A DNA stretch of 63,685 nt, the filler included, from Chiloscyllium plagiosum (taxonomy: Eukaryota): the NCBI RefSeq assembly GCF_004010195.1. It is 5 parts of one record of this genome, joined end to end, with 100 filler letters (N's around TTAATTAATTAA, not from the genome) between each part and the next. Parts side by side here need not be neighbours in the genome. Positions count along the whole stretch, not along the records: positions 16,669 to 35,854 come from NC_057715.1; positions 35,955 to 45,903 come from NC_057715.1; 3 more parts are not named here. One strand, given 5' to 3'. Of this stretch, positions 24,580 through 38,034 are shown piece by piece (the stretch's first letter is position 1; every line of letters starts with the position of its first letter). Made by a program: the position numbers and the translations under genes. A model generated the notes under the pieces. That model had not been told where the DNA came from, searched no databases, and was given only the letters and a program-made list of their open reading frames with translations.

Positions 24580-26040
24580 AGTATTCAGTACTGAACAGTG
24601 GCATCAAGTACCTTGGACTGGATCGGAGGTCTTACAAGAGGAGTGTAATGAGGTAGTAGGTATATGTTGGTAAGAGTTTTCCAATGTCTAGATTCCGGAA
24701 AGGTTTCAGACTGTAAAACAGCAAACATAACTTCTCTATTCAAGGAAAGAAACAAAACTGGAAAATATAGTGAATTAGCTTGACATCTATTGTAGTGAAG
24801 GTGTTAGAATTAGAGAGATTAACGTTGCAGAGAAAAACGCAAGGTAGTCAGGAAAAATCAGCATGCTTTGGAGAAAGAAAAATTATACTTAATGAACTTA
24901 TTGCAATTCTTTTTAAGAAATAACATGCACTGTGGATAAGAGTAAACATGCAGACATACGACACTTGGATTTCCAAAAAGCATTTAACAAGTTGCTCTGT
25001 AAAAAGATAAAGTGCAAAGCAGGAGTGTGATATGAGGTGGCCAATTTTTCACAAGGAAAGATTAGCTGGCTCACGAAAAATAGGTACGCAAAAGGGTCTG
25101 TTTATGATTTGCATTTTATAACGTTAAGTTGCACAGATCAGAGACCCTCGGCATTTTACACCTGTATCAATGATTTAGGTAAGTCAAAGGCATGATGACA
25201 AAGATAGGTAGAAAAGCATGTTGTGAAGATGTCCTAAAGAGATTTCAGAAAGATAGAAATAGATAAAGTCTGGATGATGAAGTATAATGTGGACACGTGA
25301 AACTGCTTACCTGAAGGCAAAAGAATAAAGAATTACTTAAACAGAGAATGACTAGAGAATTCCAAGTTGCAGAGTTCTAGGTGTTCTACTATAGGAGTCA
25401 TGAAAAGATAACATTCAGGTACAGCAATTAAGTAAAACTCAAAATTAATGGAATGCCATCTTTTATTACAGAAGGAATTAAACAAAATTGAGATTATGAA
25501 TTGAGTTATACAGGACATTGGACAGTTTTAATCTGCTCATTGAAGGAAAAAAATGTAAATATATTCAGACCGTTTAGAGAAGGTTCACTAGATTGATACC
25601 AGGAACAAGCAAATGGTGCTAAAAGGAAAGGTTGGACAGATTCAGTTTAAGTTTGCTAGAGTTTAAAAGGGTGAGGGGTGACTTGATTGAAGTATAGAAG
25701 ATCTGGAAAGGTCTTGACAAGGTAGACATGTAAAAGATAAGTCCTTTTTAGATGAAACCAGAACTAAAATGCACTATTTTAAAATTTGTGGCTACCTTTT
25801 TTTAAGGGCAGAAATCAGGATTTTCTTTTCTCCCTGAGCGAGACATATCTCAAATGATGCTGGTTGGTGGGGGTCAATTGTTTTTACAGGAAGAGGCAGA
25901 TGGATTTTTGTGGTAGGGGAAAATCAAACTGTTCAAAGGTAGACCGGAATGTGGAATTTGAAACAAACAGATTAATTCAGGTCTTATTACATGGAAATGG
26001 TTTTGTGGGATCAAACTAGCCTAATTTGTACATTCATATG
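24580..26040 (+). mobile_element. Highly decayed CR1 LINE (RT to 3' end)
   Basis: Remnants of ANITSLFK..GKY, QHAL..YLMNLL.FF, LDFQKAFNK and RVRGDLIEV.KI. Confidence 0.75.
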
Positions 26041-26332
26041 ATTTATTTAAAAATCTAACATAATTGTGACATTCAAAGAAGATTTACATTTGTGGATTTA
26101 CTAAAATTTGGTTCAGGAATAATTTGTACACAAAATGCACAGCCTTTTACAGACAGATAGAGCACTTTAGAAAATTTCCAAATGCTGGATAATTGGTGCA
26201 TGTTCTTATATTTGTGTTTCATTTTGTAGCTTTTTTTCTTAGAATTTACATGTGAAAGTGTTAAATTAAACACTGCATTTAACAACGAAGGTGTCAGACA
26301 TACTTGCAAACAAAAAAGACACTGAACAATAC

Positions 26333-26398
26333 CTTCAGTAGTGCTCAAGGACAAGGAATGGCTGAAGCACACGCTTTAGGATCTGGTTCCAATCTTGC
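26333..26398 (-). other. Candidate exon of the putative minus-strand gene (coding or UTR)
   Basis: Minus strand TTCCTTTATTTCCTCAG|GCAAG...CTGAAG|GTATTG. Longest frame reads QDWNQILKRVLQPFLVLEHY*. Confidence 0.35.
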
Positions 26399-26544
26399 CT
26401 GAGGAAATAAAGGAATCATTTTGAAAAAGTTCTCATGGGATTTTCTTTTCAAAACCAAGGCCAAGGAATACCACTTACTTTAACATTTTCAGATTAGTTT
26501 AACTTAATATGCTAAAACTGCAAAGCCAAAATTACAAGGGACTA

Positions 26545-27250
26545 ACAAGGTGACCACCATTTCAGCCATCTCTAGCAGGACACCACCAGACATATTCCCC
26601 TCCTCTCCAGTCAGCCTTCTGCAAGGACTGTTCCCTCAGACATTCTGGCCAACTCTTCCTTCACTCCCATCACCACCACCACCCCGCCCCCACAATGCAA
26701 TCACAGAAAGTGTACCTACCTATTTACTTTGCTTCTCCACAGAATCCAAGGGCCCAAACACACCTTTCAAGTGAAGCAGCACTTTACCTGCACTTCCCAC
26801 AATCTTGTCTACTGCATTTGTTGCTCACAATGTGGTCTCCTCTACACTGGGAAAATGAAGTAGAGACTGGGTGACCACTTCACAGAACACCTCCATACTG
26901 TCCACAGACTCAGCTTCCAGGTATCTGCCACTTCTGTCTCAGGCTTGCTGCAGTGCTTCCAGCAAAACTCGGCACAAGTTGAAGAACAGCACCTCATTTT
27001 CCACTTGGGAACTCTACAGCCTTCTGGACTCAAAAGGCGGCAATATTAAGGGCACCTTCTCCTATATCCTTACCTGAACACCCACACACTAGGCCTTGTT
27101 ATCGCATGCAATGTCCCCAATAGTAGCTGTTCATTCTCCTGGGCTGAGTGTTATCCACTCCTTTGTCTGTTCAACTGTTCTTCTCTCTTTGGACTCTACT
27201 GCCATGTGTCATTTACTCCCCCATACACCACATCCCCCACCACAGTTCTG
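26545..27250 (+). mobile_element. Decayed Penelope-like GIY-YIG endonuclease fragment
   Basis: Translates GPKHTFQVKQHFTCTSHNLVYCICCSQCGLLYTGKMK*RLGDHFTEHL around 26750-26895. Confidence 0.8.
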
Positions 27251-27597
27251 TTGAGATTTTCCAACGATTTTTTTGTTCCTATTTACTCTGGCTATCATTT
27301 GAGCTATACAATGTCCTAATTGGAATCAACTTTTAGCAATTTCCTCAATATAATACCCAGCTGAATTAGAAATTCCCTAACCTTTGCCTATCTCTGGTTG
27401 ACCTCCAAACAACCTTTAGATTAGTCATTTAGAATTTGTATTTTCATTTGAAGTGGGTTTTACTATCTTTCATGGTTTAATGAATGTTTTTAAATGCAGA
27501 TTTATGCTCTATAGTTTGCAAATACTGTAAACATCATATTGATGTCTTTGGCCAAATAATTGCACCTGGTTTATGTTAACTGGCTAGCCACTCAAGA

Positions 27598-27661
27598 CTG
27601 AAAAATGTGTTGCTAGAAGAGCGCAGGTCAGGCAGGAGAATCGACATTTCGGGCATAAGCC
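27598..27661 (-). mobile_element. Very short PLE 3'-end insertion with TSD
   Basis: Minus strand GGCTTATGCCCGAAATGTCGATTCTCCTG..CAACACATTTTTCAG, flanked by a duplicated AGCCACTCAAGAC. Confidence 0.75.
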
Positions 27662-28909
27662 ACTCAAGACATCAACTTTTTAAAAAGTTCCTAAGATTGC
27701 TTTAATTGCACAACTGTCTAGGGTTAAATACATTATTTTCTGACTACCATTAAGTAATCCCTCCTTATCCAATCCAAAATATGCTCAGCAATCCCAAAGC
27801 CTCAACCTTAATAATGTATGTATAACATTTTGTAAAAAAGGTCTTTGCAAATCAAGATACAAAATAATGTAAAGTTTTGTCATCCACCAACTTAACTGCC
27901 TCCTTAAATGAATTCTACAGCAGTAAGAGGGACAATTTCTGTAACCATGCCAAAATGTTCATTAAACTCCTCTCTGCTCAGGTAGTACAATGCATATGTC
28001 TAATAAGATTCCTTCTAGCAGGCTATACAGCTCTGAAGTGAAGGTAATGAGCAAATAAACTTTCGACACAGTGTGGTCGATGTTTAGAACACTTCCACAA
28101 ATGGCAGTTGATGCTAGATCAGTTGTTAATTTTAATTGAGATTAGATACATTTTTAAGTAAAAAGGTATTAATGACATGGGCAAACAGCAGGTATGAGGA
28201 GTTAAACTATATAATGATTAAGTCATGGAACAGACTCAAGTACAGTAAATATGGAACTAGTCTAGACTACTCCTGTACCTATGTTCTCTTGGTAGATATT
28301 TTGCTACCAACCTGTTCAGACAAGTTGGGATTCACTGCTGGAGCAGGTAGAACTTGAACATGGGCTCTCTGACTCAGACATGGCCAATGCATCGCAGAAG
28401 CTGTAGCTATTTCCCTTTTATATCTACTGGGGCATTTAATCACTTAACCCAATCACCTGATTAGCTACACATATTAGCTGTACCATTTATAAGGTCACAT
28501 GTTTACTATTACAATCAGTGCAGCATATTACTCTTCTAGAAACTATCATTTCATAAGTCAATTTTGGCATATTATACACTGTACAAGGTCACAAATCATG
28601 CATTCCTAGAATTCAGTTTCATAACCTGCATGTCCAAAATTCAGTAGTGCATAGATGACCAACACTGAGAAAACAGAGATGAACGTGCAGGGATAGAATT
28701 GAAAGTCATGGCTGGAAATGGTATAAATCTAACAATGGATTCCCACAAAATGGAATACTGATGAAGGTACTGACATAGTCAACTGCATCAACATACATAT
28801 GGTTTTTCAGACAGGGGACGATTTAAGCAATTGCTTAATGAAAGGGAAGGGAGAAAGAGCAATAAAAAGTGAAGACCTACGAATGTGAATTAAAGCCAGG
28901 AAGATCGAC

Positions 28910-29205
28910 ACTCAAGTGATACACTGACCTCCAAAGTTCTGTTAACAGCATCTTCCAAACCTGTAACTATTACTACTTAAAAAGACAACAAGTGTACTGC
29001 ACCACCATGTTGTTTCCTTCCAAACCCCACACCATTCTTAAACTAAATTCTTTTGCTGGTGAGTCAAAATCCTGGAACTCTCATCTGACAAAACTGTGGG
29101 GTACCTTTGCCTCACGGACTTCAGCAGCTCACCAATATCTTCAAGGGTAATAAGAATTGGGTAATAAATCCTTGTCAAACCAGCTACATCAACACCTCAT
29201 GAAAG
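28910..29205 (+). mobile_element. L2/CR1-group LINE 3' end (decayed)
   Basis: Similar to 57560-57895: CATCTTCCAAACC, GAGTCAAAATCCTGGAACTC, CAGCTCACC..GGGTAATAAAT. Confidence 0.65.
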
Positions 29206-29394
29206 CATTTTCAGAAGAGCTAATTGCAATTAATGATCAAAGGCAACTTTACATATTTACAACAGGAGAACTCTGATTCAAAAAGGACTGCAAGCAGCTT
29301 GGAGATGTTTAGACCATTAAATAAGTGAATGGCACATGACAGCATTATCACAATATTTACTGCAGTATTAGCATAAACAGATATATTTTATACT

Positions 29395-29511
29395 TTAGAT
29401 ACAAAGGGTATATTTCAGTAGGTCCATATGGTGGAATTCAATACTTCTGAACATCTGAAGTAGTGTGTCTAATGGGGACATGGAAGGCAAGGAGGGATAA
29501 ATGCTAACAGT
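29395..29511 (-). CDS. Candidate exon: TVSIYPSLPSMSPLDTLLQMFRSIEFHHMDLLKYTLCI*
   Basis: Acceptor TTGTATTTTTTCAG|ACT. Phase 0 matches the end of the 30615 exon. Open to TAA. Confidence 0.35.
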   Translation of the reverse strand, partial: TVSIYPSLPSMSPLDTLLQMFRSIEFHHMDLLKYTLCI

Positions 29512-29744
29512 CTGAAAAAATACAATTTGTGATTTTAGAAAGAGCAGACTTACCTGTGTATATTCAAAAGCAATGAGGAGAACAGTATCATGGCTCATTT
29601 GGTAAAACTCACACCCAAGTTAGCAAGCTGTAAGGATTCAATTTCCACTCCACAGAATAAAGTACAAAAATTTTAGCTGACTTTCCAGAACAGTCCCAGG
29701 AGGTTCTATGCTTGCAATGCTATCCTCTTTCAATGGGTTTCATC

Positions 29745-30030
29745 GCGACATAGAAGTTGGAGCAGGAGGTGGCCATTCAGCCCTTGGAACCTGCTCCTCC
29801 ATTCATCACAATCATGGCTGATCGTCCAAATCAATAGCCTAATCCTGCTTTCTCCCCATAACCTTTGATCCCATTTACCACATGTGCTACATCTAGCTGC
29901 CTCTTGAAAACATTAAATACATCCACAGACTCATTATTCTTTGGGTGAAGAAATGTCTTATCTGTCCTAAATGGCCAACCCCAAATCAGGAACATCTTCC
30001 CTATCAAGTCCTCTCAGAACTTTAAGTCTG
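29745..30030 (-). mobile_element. CR1 3' end
   Basis: CATAGAAGTTGGAGCAGGAGGTGGCCATTCAGCCC..ATCATGGCTGATC is the antisense CR1 3' UTR, as at 32390. Confidence 0.7.
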
Positions 30031-30082
30031 AGTCTCCATTTAGTCCCTCAGATAGAAATAGAAGATCCAACGATACCACTTA

Positions 30083-30360
30083 TAGTGCCAGGGACCCAGG
30101 TTCAATTCAAGCTTTGGGTAACTGTGTGGTATTTGTATGTTTTCCCCATGTCTGAGTGAGATTCCATCAAATGCTCTTTTAGAGCATGGGAGGAAATCGA
30201 AGTGCAAATTAAGTCAATTGGCTATGCTAAGTTGCCTCTGTGTCCAGCGATGTGCAGGCTAGTGGATTAACCATGCTAAACATTGGGATAGGCTGGGGTG
30301 CTCTTCAGAGGGATCAGTACAGACTCTGTGGGCCAAATGGCATCTTTTTGCAACTGTAGG
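30083..30360 (+). mobile_element. HE1-type SINE (diverged)
   Basis: GGGACCCAGGTTCAATTC head, core and CTCTTCAGAGGGATCAGT tail. Confidence 0.75.
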
Positions 30361-30614
30361 TTTTTTTTTTAAGCTGTAATTAGCTATTAATAGCTAATAA
30401 ACATTATGTTTTTCAAGATTGGATTGAGAAAGAGAAATTCTAGGCTGAGAAGTGTAAGAAAGCTTGAAATGCTACATTAAGCAAATGAGTATTATTTAGA
30501 AACAAGGAAAATCTAAAAAATCTTAGAACATTATGAAAAATGTAAAAACATGCAAAAACTGAACACAAAAATTAATTTAAAAAACAATACTTTGAAGGAA
30601 AATATGTTTATTAC

Positions 30615-30690
30615 CTGAAAATTTTCATTAGTTATCATGAGGGCATTTTTTTCCCTCCAATGTGAATCAGCACTAAAGAGTTCAACAAAG
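30615..30690 (-). CDS. Candidate internal exon: FVELFSADSHWREKNALMITNENFQ
   Basis: TTTTTGTAACTTTTTAG|C...TTTCAG|GTAATA. 76 nt, open frame, phase 2 to phase 0, in unique AT-rich flanks. Confidence 0.45.
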
Positions 30691-31496
30691 CTAAAAAGTT
30701 ACAAAAATTACAAAGACAGTAAATAGTTGGATAATTCTAAAACATTTAGAAAATATATTCAACTATTTGGCAGAACATTGCAGAAAAGGATAATATTAAG
30801 AAGTTAATCTTTCAGAAACAAAGCTACAAGGATAATGTTTTATTAGCAAAAGATATCCAGTAATTAAAAATATAGTCTTTTAGAAACATGATTCTAAAAT
30901 GAATTGATTACACAATTTAAAACACTGAACAGGATAATCAACTAGATGCAAAAGTACAGATAAGTATAGATAGGCCATTCAGCCAAGTTTACTCTGCCAT
31001 TCAACACAATCATGGCTGCTCTGACTCAACTCAAATCCCTGCACCTATACCCAAATCCTCACTGCCTGCTGGACCTACATGCTTACTTTCAGCAACTGGT
31101 GGACAAGGACACCAAAGGGGTCATTGCACCTCTCCTTTTCCCAAACGATCATGCCAATAACCTGCCTTCCTGCTACTGAAGTGGATAACCTCATTTATCC
31201 AAGTTATAATTCATCTGCCACGTAATATCGAACTGCTCCAGGATTGAAGAAATCCATAAAAAAACAGATCAATTTTCTTACCTTAAGCCCAATTGTATAT
31301 TATAGGAAAAAAACACAAATGTATAAAATTGGAGTAGGCCATTCAGCCCTTACAACTGCTCTGCTATTCAATATGATCATAGCTGAGCATTCAACCCCGT
31401 ACTCTGCGCCTGCTTTTCTTATATCCTTAGATCTCTAAATTACCTCCCAAAAAAAGAGCAGCCTGTTACAGCCAGAAATGTTTTCCACCCTCCATC

Positions 31497-32048
31497 TTGG
31501 ATTACCCAGAATTCTTCAGATATTGGTTAGGCCACTTGGAGTATTGCAATTCTGGTCTCCATCCTATTGGAAGGATGTTGTGAAACTTGAAAGGCTTCAG
31601 AAAAAAATTACAAGGATATTGCCAGGATTGGAGGACTTGAGCTATAGGGAGATGTTGAATAGGCTAGGGCTGTTTTCCATGGAGCAGAGGCTGAGGGGTG
31701 ACTTTACAGAAGTTTATAAAATCATGGGTAGGATAAATAGGGTGGGGTGAGTCCAGAACTAGAGAGCATAGCTTAAGGGGGAGAGGGGAAAGATATAAAA
31801 GAGACCTAAGGGGCATCTTTTTCACACAGAGGGTGGTAAGTGTATGGAATGAGCTGCTAGAGGAAGTGGTGGAGACTAGTACAATTGCAACATTTAAAAG
31901 GCATCTGGATGGGTATATGAATAGGAGGGGTTTGGAGGGATATGGGCCGGGTGCTGGCAGGTGGGATTAGATTGGGCTGGGATATCTGGTCGGCGTGGAA
32001 GAGTTGGACTGAAGGGTCTGTTTCTGTGCTGTACATCTATGACTCTAC
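31497..32048 (+). mobile_element. HER1-like CR1 3' end inserted in an older antisense CR1 tail
   Basis: LVRPL..QFWSPSYWKDVVKLERLQKK.TRILPGLEDLSYRE.LNRLGLFS, plus an intact 3' UTR. Confidence 0.9.
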
Positions 32049-32374
32049 AGCCCCAAGAACTAAGCACTGTAGGGATTCTATTCTAATTCTTCCTTAAATC
32101 CATTCGATGTTTTGGCTTCAACTGTCTTCTGCTGCAGAGAATTTGATGGGTCATGACTCTCTAGGCAAAGAAATTCCTTATCTCAGTCCTAAATGGCCTA
32201 AGCCATACCCTTGGAGTCATCCTGGTTCTGGATTCCAGGTCATCAGGAACATTCCTTCTGCATTGACCATGTCCAATTATTTAGAATTTTATAAGTTTCT
32301 AGGATATATCCCTATTCTTCAGAGTTTAGAAGAATGAGTCTCCTAACTAATCCAGTCTCCACAGACTTACAGAC

Positions 32375-35300
32375 AATAGACAAATCAACAATAGGTGCAG
32401 CAGTAGGCCATTCGGCCCTCTGAGCCAGCACCACCATTCATGATGATTATGGCTGATCATCCACAGTCAGTATCCTGTTCCTGCCTTAGCCCATACCCCT
32501 TGATTTCATTATCTTTAAGAGCTGCTTCCATCTCTTTCTTGAAAGTATCCAGAGACTTGGCCTCCACTGCCTTCTGGGGCAGAGCATTCCATATATCCAC
32601 TACTCCTTGGGTGAAGAAATTTCTCCTCAACTCTGTTCTAAATGGCCTACCCCTTATTTTTAAACTGTGTCCTCTGGTTCCGGACTCATCCATCAGCAGA
32701 AACATGCTTCCTGCCTCCACAGTGTCCAATCCTTTAATAATCTTGTACGTCTCAATCAGATCTCCTCTCATCCTTCTAAGTTCAAATGTATACAAGCCCA
32801 GTCACTCTAATCTTTTAACATGAGAAGTCCCGCCATTCTGGGAATTGACCTTGTGAACCTACGCTGCACTCCCTCATTAATCCTTCCTCAAATTTGGAGG
32901 CCAAAACTGCACAAAATACTCCTGGTGCGGTCTCACTAGGGCCCTGTACAGCTGCAGAAGGACTTCTTTGCTCCTATACTCAATTCCTCTTGTTATGAAG
33001 GCCAGCATGCCATTAGTTTTCTCCACTGCCTGCTGTACCTGCATGCTTGCTTTCATTGACTGATGTACAAGAATGCCTAGATCTCGTACTTCCCCTTTAC
33101 CTTACTTGACTCCATTTAGATAGTAATCTGCCTTGCTGTTCTTGCCAAAGTGGATAACCACACATTTTATCCACATTAAACTGCATCTGCCATGCATCCA
33201 TCCACTCACCTAGCCTGTCCAAGTCACCCTGTATTCTCATAACATCCTCACATTTCACCCTGTCAGGCAGCTTTGTGCCATCAGCAAATTTGCTCATATC
33301 ACTTTTAATACCTTCATCTATATCGTTAATGTAAACAGCTGCAGTCCCAGCACCGAACCTTGTGGTACCCCACTGGTCACCTCCTACCATTCCGAAAGGA
33401 ACCAGTTTATCACTACTCTTTGCTTCTCGTCAGCCAGCCAATTTTCAATCCAAGTCAGTATTTTTCCCCCAATACCACGTGCCCTAATTTTGCTCACTAA
33501 TCTATGTGGGTCATTATCAAAGGCTTTCTGAAAGTCCAGGTACACTGCATCCACTGGCTCTCCCTTGTCCACCTTCATAGTTACATCCTCAAAAAATTCC
33601 AGAAGATTAGTCAAGCACAATTTCCCCTTCGTAAATCCATGCCGATTCTGACCTATCCTGTTACTGCTATCCAAATGAGTCATAATTTCATCTTTAATAA
33701 TTGACTCCAGCATCTTTCCCATCACTAACACCAGGCTAACCTATCTATAATTCCGCTTTCTCTCCCCCTCCGCAGGAACTGATCCTGACTCTATAGAGCA
33801 TTGGAAAATGATTACCAATGCGTCCACTATTTCTAGAGCCACCTCAAGTACCCTGGGACATAGACCATCAGGTTCCAGGGACTTATCAGCCTTCAGACCT
33901 AACAGTCTATCCTACACATTTTCTGCCTAATATAAATTCCCTTCATTTCATCCATTACCCTAAGTCCTTCAGCCAGTATTACATCTGGGAGATTGCTTGT
34001 GTATTCCCCAGTGAAGACAGATCCACAGTACCTATTCAACTATTCTGCCATTTCCTTGTTCCCCATAATAAATTCACCAGTTTCTGTCTTCAAGGACCCA
34101 ATTTTAGTCACACTTTTTTTTCATTTCGCATACCTAAAAGAGCTTTTAATATCCTCCTTTATATTTTTGGCCAGTTTGCCTTCGTACCTCATTTTGTCTC
34201 TGCGTATTGCCTTTTTAGTTATCCTCTGTTGCTCTTTAAAAGTTTCCCAGTTGTGCAGCTTCCCGCTCATCTTTGCTATGTTATACTTTTTTTTATTTAT
34301 ACAGTCCTTAACTTCCCTCAGGATCTTTCTCCCTCTTTGGAATGAACTGATCCTGCACCTTCTGCATTATATTGAGAAATACCTGCCATTGTTGTTTCAC
34401 TGCCATCCCTGCTAGGGTATTAAACCATTGAACTTTGGCCATCTCCTCCCTCATAGCTCCATAGTTCCCTTTGGTTCAACTGCAATACTGACATTTCCGA
34501 TTCTCCCTTCTCCCTCTCAAACTGCAGTTTAAAAATTATATTATGGTCACTACCTTCTAATGGCTCCTTTACTTCAAGGTCCCTGATCAAATCTGGTTCG
34601 TTGCACAACACCAGGTCCAGAATTGCCTTCACCCTGGAAGGTTCCAGTACAAGCTGTTTTAAGAATCCATCTCGGAGGCATTCCACAAACTCCCTTTCTT
34701 GGGGTCCAGTACCATCCTGATTCTCCCAGTCTACCTGCATGTTGAAATCCCCCATAACTGTAGTAATACCTTTGTGACAGGCCAATTTCAACTCCTTATT
34801 CAACTTATACTCCACATCCAGACTACTGTTTGGAGGCCTGTAGATAGTTCCTATTAGGGTCTTTCTACCCTTAGAAATGTCAGCTCTATCCATACTGTTT
34901 CTACATCTCCTGATTCTATGTTCCCTCCTCGCAAGGGACTGAATATCATTCCTCACCAACAGGGCCACCCCACCACCTCTGCCCATCAGTCTGTCCTTTC
35001 GATATAGCCTTGAATATTCATTTCCCAGGCCTTGTCCACTTGAAGCCATGTCTCAGTTTCCCTACAACATCGTACCTGCCAATTTCCAACTGAGCCTCCA
35101 GCTCATCCACCTTGTTTCTTATGCTTCATGCATTCACATATAATAATCTTAATTTGTTACTCCCCTCATCCTTCCGATCAATCCTTATTTCACTTGGACC
35201 ATACTGTATGATCCCTTCAGTTTTCTGTTCCATTGATTCAGTTGTCTCTCATATTCTCATTCTCACTTTAGCTTCCTTCTCAAAATTTCCAGTTGTCCCG

Positions 35301-35854
35301 TCCCCCAAACCTGTGCTGCAGTGGCAAACCTGCCTGCCAGAATGCTGGTCCCTCACCTATTAAGGTGCAATCCGTCCCTCTTGTATAATTTATCCTTACT
35401 GCAAAACCCTAGTGATCAAAGAATTTAAATCTTTGCTTCCTGCACCAGTTCCTCAGCCACATATTAAAGTCCATTATCTCCCTATTCCTGCCCTCTACAG
35501 CCCAAGGTAACGTCGGTGACGTTCTGGATTCTGGCATTTTGTAGGCAACACCATCCTCAAATCCCACCTGTTGCCGCAGAAGCCTCTTTCAGTCCCTCTC
35601 ACTATGGAGTCCCCTATTACCACAGCTCTGCATGATGTCTGACTCTATGGCTCCGCCTCCATGCCAATTTTCAATTGCCAGATCTGTCTGCCTCTCAGAC
35701 TGGCATTGTCATCTGTCTCAACAGAGTTTCCAAGAGATTCATCCTGTTCATGAGGGAGTTTTCCCCAGGGTCTCTTGTACTTGAATCATCTCTTCCTTCC
35801 TCATAGTCATCTCCCTTCTTCTCTCTTCTGTTATGCTCTGTGTATTGACCTCAC
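32375..35854 (-). mobile_element. Near full-length decayed CR1 LINE: SGNH-esterase ORF1 remnant, APE endonuclease, RT, 3' UTR
   Basis: ORF1 motifs VVIGDSIVRG (~35600) and YKRDGLHLN (~35370). EN motifs GGGVALLV, IYRPPN, MGDFN and SDHN (34420-35049). RT motifs HGFTKGKLCLTNL, YLDFQKAF and KFADGTKL. 3' UTR at ~32390. Confidence 0.93.
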
Positions 35855-35954
35855 NNNNNNNNNNNNNNNNNNNNNNNNNNNNNNNNNNNNNNNNNNNNTT
35901 AATTAATTAANNNNNNNNNNNNNNNNNNNNNNNNNNNNNNNNNNNNNNNNNNNN
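35855..35954. other. Assembly gap spacer
   Basis: 44 N + TTAATTAATTAA + 44 N. Confidence 0.97.
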
Positions 35955-36149
35955 CTACTTTCTCCCCACCCCCACCCTCCTCTAGCTTATCTCTCCATGC
36001 TTCAGGCTCACTGCCTTTATTCCTGATGAAGGCCTTTTGCCCGAAATGTCATATTCGAAGCTCCTTGGATGCTGCCTGAACTACTGTGCTCTTCCAGCAC
36101 CACTGATCCAGAATCGGGTTTCCAGCATCTGCAGTCATTGCTTTTACCC
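35955..36149 (+). mobile_element. PLE 3' end (third variant) with hammerhead-like motif
   Basis: TTCCTGATGAAGGCCTTTTGCCCGAAATGTC..GGATGCTGCCTGAACT..CCAGCATCTGCAGTCATTGCTTTTACC. Confidence 0.8.
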
Positions 36150-36310
36150 CTTTACTATATGTATAGGGATCTGTTCAACCTTTAAGAAATAACTAATTAA
36201 TGTTTTTCTTTGTTTTCTTTTTCTATTGCAATTTTCTTAACAGTATTATCATAAGATAGTGTCGGTTAGTAAAAGGTATTCAGATCCTTTGCCTGGAAAC
36301 CTGGTATCAG

Positions 36311-36410
36311 AGCTCTGATGAAGAGTCATCTCGACTTGAAATGTTAGCTTGTTCTCTGTCCATGGATGCTTTCTGACCTGCTGTGAGCCCTAGCATTTGT
36401 TGTCTTCAAC
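36311..36410 (+). mobile_element. PLE-type 3' end with hammerhead-like motif
   Basis: AGCT-CTGATGA-AGAGTCATCTCGACTT-GAAA-TGTTA-GCT, then GGATGCTTTCTGACCTGCTGTG. Confidence 0.65.
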
Positions 36411-38034
36411 ATGAAATTTTAAGTTCTGTACGATCTAGCTGTTGTCAGTTGCAGAGTTCCAGTATATACCCAAGTACAGGTGTTAAGCAAATCTTTAAAT
36501 CTTTAAATAAGAAACCAAGTGACTTTTTATTAATTTAATATAATTGCCTGCATTGTTGTTAGTATGTTTAATTCATTGTTTTATAGTATCAAGTTTGAAT
36601 TTGATTATAGAACAGAACTGTCGCAGTTCAAAAAGAAGGCTTATCATCACCTTCTCAACATATTTGAGGGAGGGAAAAAAACATGCCATTTCCAGCAAGT
36701 CCCACACCCTGATAATAAATTAGAATTAATGGATCGCTCTTGGGATTTGCTCATTAATACATATTTTACCTTTCTGCATAGTAGAAGTATTCAATTTACA
36801 TCAAATGTACCCCTTCTCATCCAGCAACCTTCACCTTGCAAAATCTGATTTGACCTGTTGAGTTTATGCCTTTTATGCATGACATACCCAAATTAATATG
36901 GTCTACCTGCACATTTAGCTAAATTGTAAACTAAGTTCATTAGTGACAATCATTAATGACCGCGTCAAATTTACATCAGAAGAGGCAGCACTTTCAAAGT
37001 ACCCTTGCTGAGATTGCAATGTTCACCCTGACTTTAATTGGGCAAAAATTAATTAACATCTGGCTCTGGAACATGGTTTATTGATCTCAGTCAAATATTC
37101 AAACCTTCATCACAATAAATAACCAGCAGGACCATTTGAAATCTGTATTTTTTATATTGGATATAGCATCAAAAAGGAATACATTTTGCAAAAAAAATTG
37201 TAGCAAATCATGAATGATACCAATTAATTTTCTGCATACTTATTGCTAAAAATATACCTCACATATTATACCTTTGAGCACAGCTAAAATGTATATATGA
37301 TTTCTACAGTTCTGTTTCTAAATGTTCTCTTGCAGTTCTTTTCTCGTTAATAATCTCTTGGCTCCAAGTCAAACTCTAAATTGTTATCTAAGTCTGACAT
37401 CACTTTGCTTAGCAACCATTTACACTGTTTTTGTTTCCGTTCCCAAAACCATGACCTTTCATTAATTTTTTTTCTGCGTCTTTTACACTGGGATTCTTTG
37501 TCCCCGCATACGTGATTAAGAGTGTACCTAGCTTCTGTACCACTAATTTATTTAATCATAGCTGCCAAAGCACTACGTGCTTTCCTGTTGGAGTGGATCA
37601 TTTTTACATGTATTAATTTGCTGAGTTTTCTTGATATGTTGTTTTATGTTGATTTATCTTTCAAAAAGGTCACTTAACTGACTTGTTGATAATTCATTGT
37701 GAATTCTCACTGTAACTTGTATGATACAATTTAAAAAAGGGGAAGTATTCTAAGTTTTGATGATCATAGTAACTTATGGATAACATACTCGTTCATGTTG
37801 TTCAATTACAATAAGTGCACTTTATCGATTTGTTTGGTCAATTTACCACTGAGTGTGCTAAAGAGCATTTTGTATTTTTTCTGATGTTAACTAGAACAGT
37901 ATTCTTTGAGACAAATGTTCTTTGTTCTATTTGTTATGCTTTTCTTAATTCTTAAAAAATTGCAACACTTTTGCACAGTTCAGGTTATATTACAATTCTA
38001 GATTTTAAGTAGCAACATATTTTCTGTAAGGAAG

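Noticed and set aside
1..30000. Exons of the usual syntenic neighbour CHORDC1
   Set aside because: No matching peptide was seen on either strand.
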